A model generated the notes under the pieces. The model was not told the origin of the DNA and did not search any database. It saw nothing but the letters and a program-made list of their open reading frames with translations. A DNA stretch of 64,000 bases, from contig CAVTEI010000003.1 in the NCBI GenBank assembly GCA_963733765.1, positions 1,867,336 through 1,931,335 on the forward strand. The letters are read 5' to 3'. Positions within the stretch are counted from its first letter, which is position 1. Every line of letters starts with the position of its first letter. The position numbers and the translations under genes were made by a program. This document shows, piece by piece, positions 8,268 through 18,218 of the stretch. The stretch is from an uncultured Acidimicrobiales bacterium. GTDB lineage: Bacteria; Actinomycetota; Acidimicrobiia; Acidimicrobiales; DATKAS01.

Positions 8268-9248
8268 CTACTGCGGGGGCCGCCCGTGATCGATGAGCAG
8301 CACGACGTTGCCGGTCTTCTGCTCGGTCTCGACGTAGGTCGTGGCCTCGACGGCCTCGTCCAATGGGTACGTCCGGTCGATGACCGCTCGATAGCCGCCC
8401 GACTCGACGAGCTCGCGTGCGAACAGCACGTGTTCCTTCCGATATCGCGGGATCGGGAGCAGCACCCGCTTGCTCCCGAAGAACCGAGTCCACAGCGCGA
8501 GCGCCGGCACCTGCCAGAAGTACCCGAGGTCGGTGTCGACGTAGAACCCTCCGGGCTTCAGTGATGCCTTGCAGCGGCCGAACGAAATCTTGCCGACCGC
8601 GTCGAGGATCACGTCGTAGCGCTCGTCGTCGTGGAGGAACGGCTCGCGCGTGTAGTCGATGACCTCGTCTGCTCCGAGCGACTTCACCACGTCGACGTTC
8701 TCGGTGTTGCACACCGCCGTGACGTTCGCGCCGAGGTGCTTCGCAAGCTGCACGGCAGCGGTTCCGATCGATCCCGACGCGCCGTAGATCAGGATGCGGT
8801 TGCCTGCTTGCAGTCTGCCGGATCGGAGGCACTTGAGCGCGATGACGAACCCGTCGCAGATCGCTGCTCCCTCCTCGAACGTCATGCCCGCCGGCATCAC
8901 AGCGATCGCGCCGCGTTCACGCACCCGGAGGTACTCCGCGTGCGCTCCGAACCGATCCGCGTTGACGCCGAACACTCGATCGCCGCGCCCGAACTCGGTG
9001 ACGGCGGCGCCGACGGCGTCGATCTCGCCGGCGAACTCGGTGCCGAGAACTTGGCGCCGCGGCCGCACCAGCCCGCTGAACAACCGAACGAAGAAGGGCC
9101 GTGGGTCACGAAAGCCGCAGTCCGTACGGTTCACCGTCGTCGCGTGCACCTTGACGAGGACCTCGTTGTCCTTGGGCGCGGGCCGCTCGATGTCGGCGAC
9201 GCGCAACACCTCGGGAGGCCCGTACCTCTCGTAGACGACTGCTTTCAC
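8268..9248 (-). CDS. Zinc-type alcohol dehydrogenase / quinone oxidoreductase (MDR) family protein
   Basis: Long ORF trimmed to GTG 9248 (VKAVVYERYGPPEVLRVADIERPAPKDNEVLVKVHATTVN...). Rossmann motif ILIYGASGSIGTAAVQLAK. Confidence 0.85.
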   Translation of the reverse strand: MKAVVYERYGPPEVLRVADIERPAPKDNEVLVKVHATTVNRTDCGFRDPRPFFVRLFSGLVRPRRQVLGTEFAGEIDAVGAAVTEFGRGDRVFGVNADRFGAHAEYLRVRERGAIAVMPAGMTFEEGAAICDGFVIALKCLRSGRLQAGNRILIYGASGSIGTAAVQLAKHLGANVTAVCNTENVDVVKSLGADEVIDYTREPFLHDDERYDVILDAVGKISFGRCKASLKPGGFYVDTDLGYFWQVPALALWTRFFGSKRVLLPIPRYRKEHVLFARELVESGGYRAVIDRTYPLDEAVEATTYVETEQKTGNVVLLIDHGRPPQ

Positions 9249-9670
9249 GAGGGTACGGGGATGTTCGACACGGAGCGGTGAGCACGGATGCGCAGTACCA
9301 CCCTGTGCTCGCGTTCCGCGCGGGCACGGAGCTTCTCCCGGTCCTCGTCGTCGAGCTCGCGGCCCAGTGACTCCACGACGGCAGCCATCACTTCGAACGC
9401 GCGCTCCTGCTCGATCGTCGCGGTTCCGAAGAGCGTGACGTAGGGAAACGGCATCTCCTCGCCGAGGACACACACGCTGATCGCCGGATCTCGCCGCAGG
9501 GCGGCGGTCTTGGCCCTGTCCTCGGTGATCGAGATCAGCACGTCGTCGCCGTCGACGACGTAGAAGACCGGCGTCAGCGGCGGACCATCGGTCGCGCCGG
9601 ATGCGCGGTTCCAACTCAGGACGCACAGGCGGTTGGCGCGCACGAACTCACGGTGGTGGTCTGGGATCAT
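9245..9670 (-). CDS. PPOX-class (pyridoxamine 5'-phosphate oxidase-like), probably F420-dependent, oxidoreductase
   Basis: 141 aa from ATG 9670 (MIPDHHREFVRANRLCVLSW...). It overlaps the downstream gene by 4 nt. Confidence 0.65.
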   Translation of the reverse strand: MIPDHHREFVRANRLCVLSWNRASGATDGPPLTPVFYVVDGDDVLISITEDRAKTAALRRDPAISVCVLGEEMPFPYVTLFGTATIEQERAFEVMAAVVESLGRELDDEDREKLRARAEREHRVVLRIRAHRSVSNIPVPS

Positions 9671-10806
9671 TGCTCCCACTCCCGTCCGAACCACCGGCGG
9701 ACCCGAGTGGTCCCGAAGTCGGCCTTGTCGGCCGCGAGCACCGCGGATGGCCCTTCGAGAGAGCCATGCGGCGCTTGTCCGCTCATGAATGTGACGTCCA
9801 CCTTCGCGACGCTCCCGTGGCCGAACTCGAGATAGCAGATGCCGCGCCCGTCGTACTGGGACGATGGTGCATCGCCGCGGACCCGTGCGGCGACCCTCTC
9901 GGCAACGACAAGCGCTTGACCTTCGGAGAACACGCCTGCCTTCGGCGTGCCGACGCTGGTCACGTCGCCTACGGCATACACGTCGGGAAAGGACGTCTCG
10001 AGCGTGAGAGCGTCGACGGGGACCCAGCCGTCGACGGTCATCCCTGCCCGCTCGACGACCTGAGGAACGCAGTGCTTCGGGACTCCCAAGAACAGGTCGT
10101 AAGGCATCTCGGCCCCGTCGGCGAGGACGACCACGCCACGGGCCGGGTCGAGCGATTGCACCAGAGTCTGGGGATGCCACGAGATCTCGCGCTCTGCGAA
10201 CGCGCCCAGGAGCGCTTCGGACGCGGCGGGGGAGGGCGGGATCGGCACGGGCAAGGGCATGACCAGCGCGATCTCAGACCGTTGGCGCACTCCCAGGCTC
10301 ACGAGGTGATCGTGCATCAGGAGCGCGGTCTCGCTCGGCGCGGGCGGACACTTGAACGGCGTAGACGTGACCGCGACGATCACGCGCCCCCCAAGGAAGG
10401 TCGCGAGGACCTCACGTAGCGCGAACGCCCCCTCCTCTGTGTAGAACTCGTACCCGCCCTCGACGAGCCCGGGTGTCGCGCTCGGCTCGAGGTCGGCACC
10501 GAGCGCGACCACGAGGATGTCGGCCTCGAACGCACCGTCGTCGCTCACGACTCGCTTCGCGACCGGATCGATCGACTCGATGTTCGCCTGCACGAAGCGA
10601 ACACCCGGCTTGACGAGGTCGCGGTATCGGTGACGGACCCCCGATGGCGCCGCCCGCCCGAACATCACATCGAGCTTGGAGAAGCCGAACACGAACGAGT
10701 CGGTGCGATCGATCAGCACGACTTCGATGTCGGTGCCGAACTCCTCGGACAGTCGCGTCGTGAGCTCCAAACCCGCGAAACCGGCCCCCAACACCACGAC
10801 CCGCAT
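9667..10806 (-). CDS. FAD-dependent pyridine nucleotide-disulfide oxidoreductase (sulfide:quinone reductase / NDH-2-like)
   Basis: Trimmed to ATG 10806 (MRVVVLGAGFAGLELTTRL...). Second dinucleotide-fold region VYAVGDV. Confidence 0.75.
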   Translation of the reverse strand: MRVVVLGAGFAGLELTTRLSEEFGTDIEVVLIDRTDSFVFGFSKLDVMFGRAAPSGVRHRYRDLVKPGVRFVQANIESIDPVAKRVVSDDGAFEADILVVALGADLEPSATPGLVEGGYEFYTEEGAFALREVLATFLGGRVIVAVTSTPFKCPPAPSETALLMHDHLVSLGVRQRSEIALVMPLPVPIPPSPAASEALLGAFAEREISWHPQTLVQSLDPARGVVVLADGAEMPYDLFLGVPKHCVPQVVERAGMTVDGWVPVDALTLETSFPDVYAVGDVTSVGTPKAGVFSEGQALVVAERVAARVRGDAPSSQYDGRGICYLEFGHGSVAKVDVTFMSGQAPHGSLEGPSAVLAADKADFGTTRVRRWFGREWEQ

Positions 10807-10881
10807 CGCTGGCGACTCTACGGGAAGGTGACGAGCGCACTCCCCGTGTCCGGTCGGCGCGCCGCCGGGTAGGGACACGAC

Positions 10882-11670
10882 GTGAGCGACCACCCGTACC
10901 TTCTGGCGAACGCGGCGACCCAGGCCAAAGACCGATTCGCGTCGCTGTCCGCCCTCTTCGACCCGACGACCTTCCGACACCTCGAGGCGGTGGGCATCGC
11001 CGGGGGGTGGCGGTGCTGGGAGGTCGGCGCCGGCGGCCCGTCAGTGCCGGCCTGGATGGCAGGGACCGTCGGGCCGAGCGGTCACGTGGTGGCGACCGAC
11101 ATCGACACCGGGTGGCTCGGTGATGTTGGGACCACCTTTGAGGTTCGCACCCACGACGTCGCCAACGACGAACCCCCGGGCGAAGGTTTCGATCTGGTGC
11201 ACGCCCGTCTCGTGCTCGTGCACGTGCCCGGGCGCGACGCGGGTTTGCGCAACATGGTGAGGGCGCTGCGGCCCGGCGGGTGGCTCGTGCTCGAGGACTT
11301 CGACACGGCGCTCGTGGCGGTCGCGTGCCCCGAGGAGGCGACGCCGGCCGAGCAACGCGCGAACAAGATCCGGCTCGGCTTCCTCGAACTGCTCACCATG
11401 CGGGGCGTGGACGCAGAGTACGGGCGAAAGCTCCCGCGCCTTCTCCGCGAGGCAGGGCTCGAAGCCGTCGACGCCGACGCCTACTTCCCTGTGGCGAACC
11501 CGGCGGGCCGCCTCCTCGAACAAGCGAACACCGCGCAGGTCGCCGAAGGCTTCGTGACGACGGGGCTGGCGACCCGCGACGAGATCAACGACCACCTCGC
11601 ATCGCTCGCCGCGGGCGAGTTTGACATCATCACTCCGCCTCTCATCTCCGCCTGGGGCCGCAAGCCCTGA
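10882..11670 (+). CDS. SAM-dependent methyltransferase
   Basis: 262 aa with WRCWEVGAGGPSVPAWMA...GHVVATDID (motif I-like) and LRPGGWLVLEDFD. Confidence 0.7.
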   Translation: MSDHPYLLANAATQAKDRFASLSALFDPTTFRHLEAVGIAGGWRCWEVGAGGPSVPAWMAGTVGPSGHVVATDIDTGWLGDVGTTFEVRTHDVANDEPPGEGFDLVHARLVLVHVPGRDAGLRNMVRALRPGGWLVLEDFDTALVAVACPEEATPAEQRANKIRLGFLELLTMRGVDAEYGRKLPRLLREAGLEAVDADAYFPVANPAGRLLEQANTAQVAEGFVTTGLATRDEINDHLASLAAGEFDIITPPLISAWGRKP

Positions 11671-11676
11671 GGCTCG

Positions 11677-12123
11677 TCAGCGACCTGGGTTGGAGTAGAC
11701 CCGCTCCGCTGGCATCAACACGACCGTGCGCCGCTCGGCCGCCATGGCTCGGTCGTACTCGTCCCAGTCGTCATGGCTTCCGCCCGCAGCGGTGAAGACC
11801 TCGCGGAGGAGGAGCCGCAGCCGTTCGGCGTCGATCCCGGGATGGGGGTCGTCGGGCCCGATCAGCTCGGCCTCGCCTTCGGCGGTCATCCATTCCCAAC
11901 CCGAACGCGCAGTGACGGTCAGCTGTGGACGTTCGCGGAGGTTGTGGAGCTTGGCCGGTCCGTAGGTCACGAAGGCGAGCACCTGTGCGCCTGAGGTCGG
12001 GTGGGGCATCGCCGCGGCGTTGACGAGGGAGGACTGGATGGTGCCGCCTTCTCGGATCGTGGACACGACCACGAGGTGCGACTCGCGCGCCGCGATCGCA
12101 ATGAGATCATCGATCGTCGCCAT
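11677..12123 (-). CDS. PPOX-class F420-dependent oxidoreductase family protein
   Basis: 148 aa with SHLVVVSTIREGGTIQSSLVNA..., pattern of the TIGR03618-like family. Confidence 0.6.
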   Translation of the reverse strand: MATIDDLIAIAARESHLVVVSTIREGGTIQSSLVNAAAMPHPTSGAQVLAFVTYGPAKLHNLRERPQLTVTARSGWEWMTAEGEAELIGPDDPHPGIDAERLRLLLREVFTAAGGSHDDWDEYDRAMAAERRTVVLMPAERVYSNPGR

Positions 12124-13051
12124 CTCCCGAGTCTGCCTCGCTTGTCCACGCCGCGGTTGTCCAGGTGAGGGGAGCGAGGAACACGCCGCCCTGGCCCCAT
12201 CCGCAGTGGCTCACCCACCAGCCGCCCGCCTCGTCGCGGACGATCTCGGCCGCGTGCGCGTCGATCGTCGCGACCTGGTCGGCGAGGTCGAACGACAGGG
12301 GGTCGTCGCTTGCGATCACCCGGGTGCGGCGATACGCGGCGCGGTCGTATCGCCCGGTCTCCCGCTTCGACCGAACTAGTCCCTCGTAATCGGGACCGAT
12401 CAGCAGGTAGTAGGTGCCCTCGCGCTCGCAGACGAACGGTGACTCGGTGGGGCCCGCCATCGTCCCCGTCATCGGATCGCTGTAGACGATGTGCCGGTCG
12501 CTCCAATGGGTGAGGTCGGCGGACTCGGCCGCGGCGACGATGTGGTGCCCTCCTTCCGGCTCGCTCGTCGCGGTGTAGTACATGATCCAACGGCCGCCGA
12601 CGCGCAGCACCATCGGATCACGGGCCTCGAAACCGTCCTGCACCATCGGGTTGTCTTCGTGACGCTTCCATGACGCGCAGTCAGGCGACGTCGCGAGGTG
12701 GATGCGGTACTCCGACGTCGACGACCCGCCTCCGCAATAGAACATCCAGTACAGGCCGGCGTGCTCGACGATGTGGGGCGCCCACAGGTGGGTCTCTCCT
12801 GACTCTTGGTCAGCAGAGAGCGCGTAGGGCTGGCGCGTCCACGGACCCTGCAGTGACGGCGCCGTCGCGTGAGCGAGGTCGAGCTCGTCGAACGGTGCCA
12901 GCGGCTCCCGGTGGGTGATGCCCACGAGATGCCATGTCCCGAGGTGGTCGCGCATCAACGTGTGGTCGTTGATGTACCAACGATCGGGCTGGCCGTCAGA
13001 GGGGTCATAGAGAAGTGCGAAGTCGCCGGCGACTGGTCGCGCAGTGGTCAC
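12107..13051 (-). CDS. Five-bladed beta-propeller glycoside hydrolase-like protein (GH43/GH32 clan)
   Basis: 314 aa with ...HLWAPHIVEHAGLYWMFYCGG..., ARDPMVLRVGGRWIMYYTA, ESPFVCEREGTYYLLIG. The exact family is not resolvable by eye. Confidence 0.5.
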   Translation of the reverse strand: MTTARPVAGDFALLYDPSDGQPDRWYINDHTLMRDHLGTWHLVGITHREPLAPFDELDLAHATAPSLQGPWTRQPYALSADQESGETHLWAPHIVEHAGLYWMFYCGGGSSTSEYRIHLATSPDCASWKRHEDNPMVQDGFEARDPMVLRVGGRWIMYYTATSEPEGGHHIVAAAESADLTHWSDRHIVYSDPMTGTMAGPTESPFVCEREGTYYLLIGPDYEGLVRSKRETGRYDRAAYRRTRVIASDDPLSFDLADQVATIDAHAAEIVRDEAGGWWVSHCGWGQGGVFLAPLTWTTAAWTSEADSGDGDDR

Positions 13052-13157
13052 GAGATCGGAACCGTAGAACCTCCCCCCGCGGGCTCATAGTTGCTACGGT
13101 CCGTCTCGGCACGTGCACACACCAGGCATTACGCCGGCTTGTTCGGGGGGACGAGAC

Positions 13158-13918
13158 GTGGCCTTGCTGGAGGTGGAAGAGGTCTCCGTCCGCTTCGGGG
13201 GGATCGTCGCCCTCGACGATCTCTCGTTCGCGATCGAGCCCGGGCAGATCTGTGGCCTGATCGGGCCGAACGGAGCGGGAAAGACGACGCTCTTCAACGT
13301 CATCAGCCGGATCTATGACCCCACATGGGGCATGGTGCGCTTCGAGGGCGAGAACCTGCTCGACGTCTCGGCGTCGGGCATCGCGGGGCGGGGGGTGGCA
13401 CGGACGTTCCAGAACCTCGCGCTCTACCCGACGATGACCATCATCGAGAACGTCATGGTCGGCGCAACGTCTCGGTCGAAGACGAACTGGATCACCGCCG
13501 CGTTCCGGGTCGGCGCCGAGCGTGAGGATCGCCAGCTGCGGCACGACGCGATGGAGATCCTGGCCGAGCTCGACCTCACCCGGTACGCGCTGCATCCCGC
13601 GACGGGGCTGCCGTACGGCACGCTCAAGCGAATCGAGCTCGCCGCGCGATGGCGTCGCGCCCGCGCCTGCTGCTGCTCGACGAGCCCGCGAGCGGACTCA
13701 CCCATAGCGAGGTCGACGAGCTCGCGGAGACGATCCGCGTCCTCCGCGATCGCCATCAGCTGACGATCCTGCTCGTCGAGCATCACATGCAGATGGTGAT
13801 GGGGATCTCCGACCAGGTGGTCGTCTTGAACTTTGGTCGGAAGATCGCCGAGGGCACACCGGCCGAGGTGTCGAACGACCCCGTCGTCATCGAGGCTTAC
13901 CTCGGGGCTCCCGCATGA
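13158..13918 (+). pseudogene. livG: Branched-chain amino acid ABC transporter ATP-binding protein LivG, frameshifted as sequenced
   Basis: GTG 13158, then VALLEVEEVSVRFGG...GLIGPNGAGKTT...LPYGTLKRIELA. The frame breaks near 13645. It continues RAMASRPRLLLLDEPASGL...VVIEAYLG in ORF 13649..13918, implying 1 nt missing. Confidence 0.9.
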
Positions 13919-14631
13919 GCGAGCCCGTGCTCACGGTCAGCGACCTCGAGGCGTCATACGGGCCGGTCGCGGTGTTGCACGGCCTTGACTTCGTGGTGAA
14001 TGACGGCGAGATCGTCGTGCTGCTCGGGGCGAACGGAGCCGGGAAGACGACGACGCTGCGCGCCCTGTGCGGCATGGTCGACACGAAGGGCTCGGTGCAG
14101 TTCGAGGGGACCGAGCTCGTCGGCAAACCGCCCGACTGGATCGTGCGGCGGGGCATCGCGCACGTGCCGCAAGGGCGGGGCACATTCCCCGAGCTCACCG
14201 TCGAGGAGAACTTGCAAGCCGGTGCGTACATCCGCAAGGACCACGACGAGGTCTGGAACGACGTGCAGCGCTGGCTCGAGGTGTTCCCGCGACTCGGTGA
14301 CCGTCGCGGCGTCGCCGCCGGCAGCTTGAGCGGCGGCGAGCAGCAGATGCTTGCCGTAGCCCGGGCGCTCATGTCACGCCCAAAGATGTTGTTGCTCGAC
14401 GAGCCGTCGCTCGGGCTCGCGCCAATGGTGACGCAGGAGCTGTTCAAGCGGTTCTCGGACTTGAACCGCGACTTCGGCACCACGATGTTCCTCGTCGAGC
14501 AGAACGCGGGGCTCGCACTCGCCATCGCGCAGCGGGCCTATGTGCTCGAAGCAGGGCACATCGTGCTCGCCGGCCCGTCGGAGGAGCTGCGCGACCACGA
14601 CGACGTCCGCAAGGCCTACCTGGGGTTCTGA
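13915..14631 (+). CDS. livF: Branched-chain amino acid ABC transporter ATP-binding protein LivF
   Basis: 238 aa with LLGANGAGKTTT, LSGGEQQMLAVARAL, LLLDEPSLGLAP. ATGA overlap with livG. Confidence 0.92.
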   Translation: MSEPVLTVSDLEASYGPVAVLHGLDFVVNDGEIVVLLGANGAGKTTTLRALCGMVDTKGSVQFEGTELVGKPPDWIVRRGIAHVPQGRGTFPELTVEENLQAGAYIRKDHDEVWNDVQRWLEVFPRLGDRRGVAAGSLSGGEQQMLAVARALMSRPKMLLLDEPSLGLAPMVTQELFKRFSDLNRDFGTTMFLVEQNAGLALAIAQRAYVLEAGHIVLAGPSEELRDHDDVRKAYLGF

Positions 14632-14633
14632 CC

Positions 14634-15584
14634 ATGATCCTTGCCATTCCGTTCATCAACGAGAGCTTCTTCAACTGGACGCTCATCGGCCAGCTGTTCG
14701 TCAACGGCCTGAAGCAGGGCGCGATCTATGCGCTGATGGCCCTGACGGTCGTGATCATTTACAAGACGACGGGGCATCTGAACTTCGCCCAGGGCGAGAT
14801 GGGCACCATGGGCGCGTTCATCGTCTTCGTGATCGCCATCGAGAACGGTCACTCGTACTGGGTTGCGATCCCCATCGCGCTCATCTTCTCCTTCGTCCTG
14901 GGGGCGGCGCTCGAGCGCACCCTGATCCGACCGATCGAACGGCGCAGCGCTCTTGGCGTTGTCATCGTTACGCTCGGCATCTTCCTCATCATCAACGCGC
15001 TGAACGCCGCAATCTGGGGGACGCAGCAGCTCTCGCCGCTGGCGCCGTTCCCCAACTTCCCGGATGATCAGTTCGTGCTCGCGGAGGGCCCGCCCCGGTT
15101 CGCCGTTCGATATGGGGCGATCGGCACCTGGGTCACACTGTCGATCGTCGTCGCGGTCCTGTGGTTCTTCTTCCAGAAGACGAAGCTGGGCCTCGGCTAT
15201 CGCGCGGTCGCGTCGAATCGTGAGTCGAGCCAGCTCGTCGGAGTGCCGGTCGGACGCATGCTCATGCTCGGGTGGGCGATCTCGGCGGTGCTCGGCACGA
15301 TCGCCGCGATCATGGTCTCGCAGTCGACGAACACACTCGACTTCAACCTGATGACCGTGGTGCTCCTCTACGGCTTCGCGGCAGCGGCATTGGGAGGTTT
15401 CGACAGCATTCCTGGCGCCGTGGTTGGCGGTCTGATCGTCGGCATGGCGGAGGCGTTCATCCCCGCGTTCTTCAGCTTCGTCGGATCAGAGCTCAGCCTC
15501 GCCGTCGCATTGGGGGTCATCGTGACCGTGTTGCTCGTGCGTCCCGAAGGCCTGTTCGGCACCAAGCGAATCGAGCGGGTATGA
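14634..15584 (+). CDS. livH: Branched-chain amino acid ABC transporter permease LivH
   Basis: 316 aa. Contains GAIYALMALTVVIIYKTTGHLNFAQGEMGTMGAF, typical of the LivH N-terminus. Confidence 0.9.
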   Translation: MILAIPFINESFFNWTLIGQLFVNGLKQGAIYALMALTVVIIYKTTGHLNFAQGEMGTMGAFIVFVIAIENGHSYWVAIPIALIFSFVLGAALERTLIRPIERRSALGVVIVTLGIFLIINALNAAIWGTQQLSPLAPFPNFPDDQFVLAEGPPRFAVRYGAIGTWVTLSIVVAVLWFFFQKTKLGLGYRAVASNRESSQLVGVPVGRMLMLGWAISAVLGTIAAIMVSQSTNTLDFNLMTVVLLYGFAAAALGGFDSIPGAVVGGLIVGMAEAFIPAFFSFVGSELSLAVALGVIVTVLLVRPEGLFGTKRIERV

Positions 15585-16759
15585 CCTGGCCGATCGTCAT
15601 CGAAAAGGGCTCGTCGAAGCACCGCCTCTGGCAGGTGGTCGGCTACGCAGTGCTCGCCGGCGCGATCTTCTGGATCGCCTACCGGTTCCAGAACTACCAG
15701 CTCCTCAACTTCGCGCGAACCGCCGCCGATGCAGTCGCGATCCTGGGGCTGATGATCATCATCGGGTACTCCGGACAGGTCTCGATCGGTCAGAGCTTCT
15801 TCTTCGGGCTCGGTGCCTACGTCACGGCGTGGCTCGGCGTCGATCATGGATGGAACTTCCTTCTGACGCTTCCTGTGTCTGCCGCGATCGGCATGGCGAT
15901 CGGCTTCCTCGTCGGAATTCCCGCGCTGCGCATCCGCGGCCTCTACCTCGCGCTCGTGACGCTCGCTCTGGCCGCGGTGTTCCCGGTGCTCGCGAAGCTC
16001 GAGGTGATGCAGAGCATCACCGGAGGCGCGAACGGCAAGCCCGCGGACGACATCATCTGGACGACCCCCGGCTGGGTGCCGGGTTCGCCGTCAAATCAGG
16101 CGTGGCAGTTCCTGGTGCTCTGTGCGATCGCCGCGGTGCTGTTCATCCTCGCTTCGAACATGATGAAGAGCCGGCCAGGTCGGAACCTGATCGCCCTTCG
16201 CGACAGTGAGGTCGGCGCGGCTGTGAGCGGCGTGTGGCCCGCGGGCTGGAAGGTCGGTGCGTTTGCGATCAGCGCGGCGTACGGCGCGCTCGGCGGCTCG
16301 ATGCTCGTGTTCGTCACCCGTATCGCCGCTCCCGAGACCGGAGGATTCGCGACTGCGATCGCGCTGCTGACCGGCGCGGTGCTCGGCGGGCTCGGCACGA
16401 TCTCGGGTGCCGTCGTCGGCGCGCTCGCGGTGACGTTCGTGCCCTACTACACGAACGAGTTCATGGCCGGTGATGGGCTTCTCTTCATTCCGGCGTCGGA
16501 TGGACCGCGCGACTTCTTCATCTTCCAGGGAGGCGACGGTCCGATCCTTGCGGGAGCGCTTTACGGCGTGCTCCTCATCGCAGTTGTCTTCGTGATGCCG
16601 GGAGGCATCATCTACTTCGTGCGGCTGATGCGATCGAAGCTGATCCGCTTCGTGCCGAAGCTGCCCGACGTCTCTGCACCACGTAGGGACGAGCCATCTC
16701 CCGCCGAGCTCGAGCCGGCAGGAGCGATCAATCAGCCCAGGGGGGGAGAACCCGCATGA
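15581..16759 (+). CDS. livM: Branched-chain amino acid ABC transporter permease LivM
   Basis: Long ORF trimmed to ATG 15581 (MTWPIVIEKG...), an ATGA overlap with livH. Contains IIIGYSGQVSIGQSFFFGLGAYV. Confidence 0.88.
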   Translation: MTWPIVIEKGSSKHRLWQVVGYAVLAGAIFWIAYRFQNYQLLNFARTAADAVAILGLMIIIGYSGQVSIGQSFFFGLGAYVTAWLGVDHGWNFLLTLPVSAAIGMAIGFLVGIPALRIRGLYLALVTLALAAVFPVLAKLEVMQSITGGANGKPADDIIWTTPGWVPGSPSNQAWQFLVLCAIAAVLFILASNMMKSRPGRNLIALRDSEVGAAVSGVWPAGWKVGAFAISAAYGALGGSMLVFVTRIAAPETGGFATAIALLTGAVLGGLGTISGAVVGALAVTFVPYYTNEFMAGDGLLFIPASDGPRDFFIFQGGDGPILAGALYGVLLIAVVFVMPGGIIYFVRLMRSKLIRFVPKLPDVSAPRRDEPSPAELEPAGAINQPRGGEPA

Positions 16760-18141
16760 GAAGAAAGAACCTCGTCCGCTTCGCCGCGGTCGGACTTGCC
16801 TTCGTGCTCGTCGCCGCGGCATGCGGCGACGACAGCGACTCCGACAGCGCCGCGACCACCGCAGGAGCGGCCACGACCGGTGCCGCTGCGGCCACCACCG
16901 GCGCCGCCGCGGACACGACTGCCGCCGCTGGTGGGGAGACGCTCCAGGTCGACACCGCGGCCTGCCCGCCCGAGGCCACGACGCCGCTCGCGGACGGTGA
17001 GGACATCGTGATCGGCATCACCGTGCCGCTGACCGGTCCTCTCGCGGCGTTCGGCGCCATCCCGCAGGGTATGACCGTGTACTTCGACAAGGTCAACGCT
17101 GCCGGTGGGATCGACGGGCACAACGTCGTGCTGATCTCCAAGGACGACGCGTACGACCCGAACAAGACGCCGCCACTGGTGACCGAGCTGATCGAGCAGG
17201 ACAAGATGATGGCGTCGCTCCTGCAGGTCGGCACGCCGAACGTCGCGGCGACTCGCGCCCTCTACGAGGAGTCGTGCACGCCGCAGCTCTACGTGGGCAC
17301 CGGCTTCCCGGCATGGGGCGACCCGACGGCTCATCAGTGGACGATCGGCGGCATCCTCGCCTACAACACCGAGGCCGTCATGTGGGCTGACTTCATCGCC
17401 GAGCAAAAGCCCGGAGCCACTGTCGCCCAACTCGTGTTCAACAACGACTTCGGCAAGGCCTACCAAACCACCTTCGAGGCGATCGCGCCGGAGAAGGGAC
17501 TCGAGGTCGTCGAGACCCAGCTCCACGAGGGAACGGCGACCGCGATCGACAACGAGATCACGACGCTGCTCGCTGCGAACCCGGACGTCATCATCGGCGA
17601 GACGACGGGCGCGTTCTGCCCGAAGCTCTTCGCAGGGCTCGCGGCCGGTGGATACCAGGGCATCGTCATCATCTCGGCGACGTGCGCGTCCGTGGCCTCG
17701 TTCTTCAAGCCAGTCGACCCGGCCGGCAACGGCGTCTACATCCTCGGCCAGCAGAAGGATCCGAGCGACCCGCAGTGGGCCGAAGATCCCCCGATGGTCG
17801 AGTACAAGGCCGACATGGCCGAGTTCGGCGAGAGCCTTGACGCCAACAACGGTCAGCACCTCACCGGCTACAACCTCGCAGCGCTCATGGTGGACACGCT
17901 GGAGCGGGCGGCAGCCCTGGAGGGCGGCCTGACCCGGGCGAACGTCATGAACGCGGCGTGGGCGACGAACTTCAAGGTTCCGCTCATCCTCGGCGGCACC
18001 TTCCATGTCGACGGCATCACTGACGCGTACGGCGCGGAGTACGCGGCGATGCTGCAGTACGACGCGGCGACGGGCTCGCTGGCGGCGACGGACCTTGTGT
18101 TCGACGTCGAGGGCGCGACGGGAGTATTCGAAGCGAGCTGA
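16756..18141 (+). CDS. ABC transporter substrate-binding lipoprotein (Leu/Ile/Val-binding, type I PBP family)
   Basis: 461 aa with lipobox LAFVLVAAACGDD, an Ala/Thr-rich linker, and ATGA overlap with livM. Confidence 0.85.
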   Translation: MRRKNLVRFAAVGLAFVLVAAACGDDSDSDSAATTAGAATTGAAAATTGAAADTTAAAGGETLQVDTAACPPEATTPLADGEDIVIGITVPLTGPLAAFGAIPQGMTVYFDKVNAAGGIDGHNVVLISKDDAYDPNKTPPLVTELIEQDKMMASLLQVGTPNVAATRALYEESCTPQLYVGTGFPAWGDPTAHQWTIGGILAYNTEAVMWADFIAEQKPGATVAQLVFNNDFGKAYQTTFEAIAPEKGLEVVETQLHEGTATAIDNEITTLLAANPDVIIGETTGAFCPKLFAGLAAGGYQGIVIISATCASVASFFKPVDPAGNGVYILGQQKDPSDPQWAEDPPMVEYKADMAEFGESLDANNGQHLTGYNLAALMVDTLERAAALEGGLTRANVMNAAWATNFKVPLILGGTFHVDGITDAYGAEYAAMLQYDAATGSLAATDLVFDVEGATGVFEAS

Positions 18142-18158
18142 CCGAGAACAACGCACAC

Positions 18159-18182
18159 GGGGCCGCCCTTCGGGGCGGCCCC
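18159..18182 (+). terminator. Perfect 10-bp GC hairpin (ggggccgccc-ttcg-gggcggcccc) after the liv operon
   Basis: Read directly 18 nt after the binding-protein stop. There is no U-tract. Confidence 0.6.
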
Positions 18183-18218
18183 ATCGCGTTCCGGGCGCGT
18201 CGGCCCTAGCCTCGAGCC

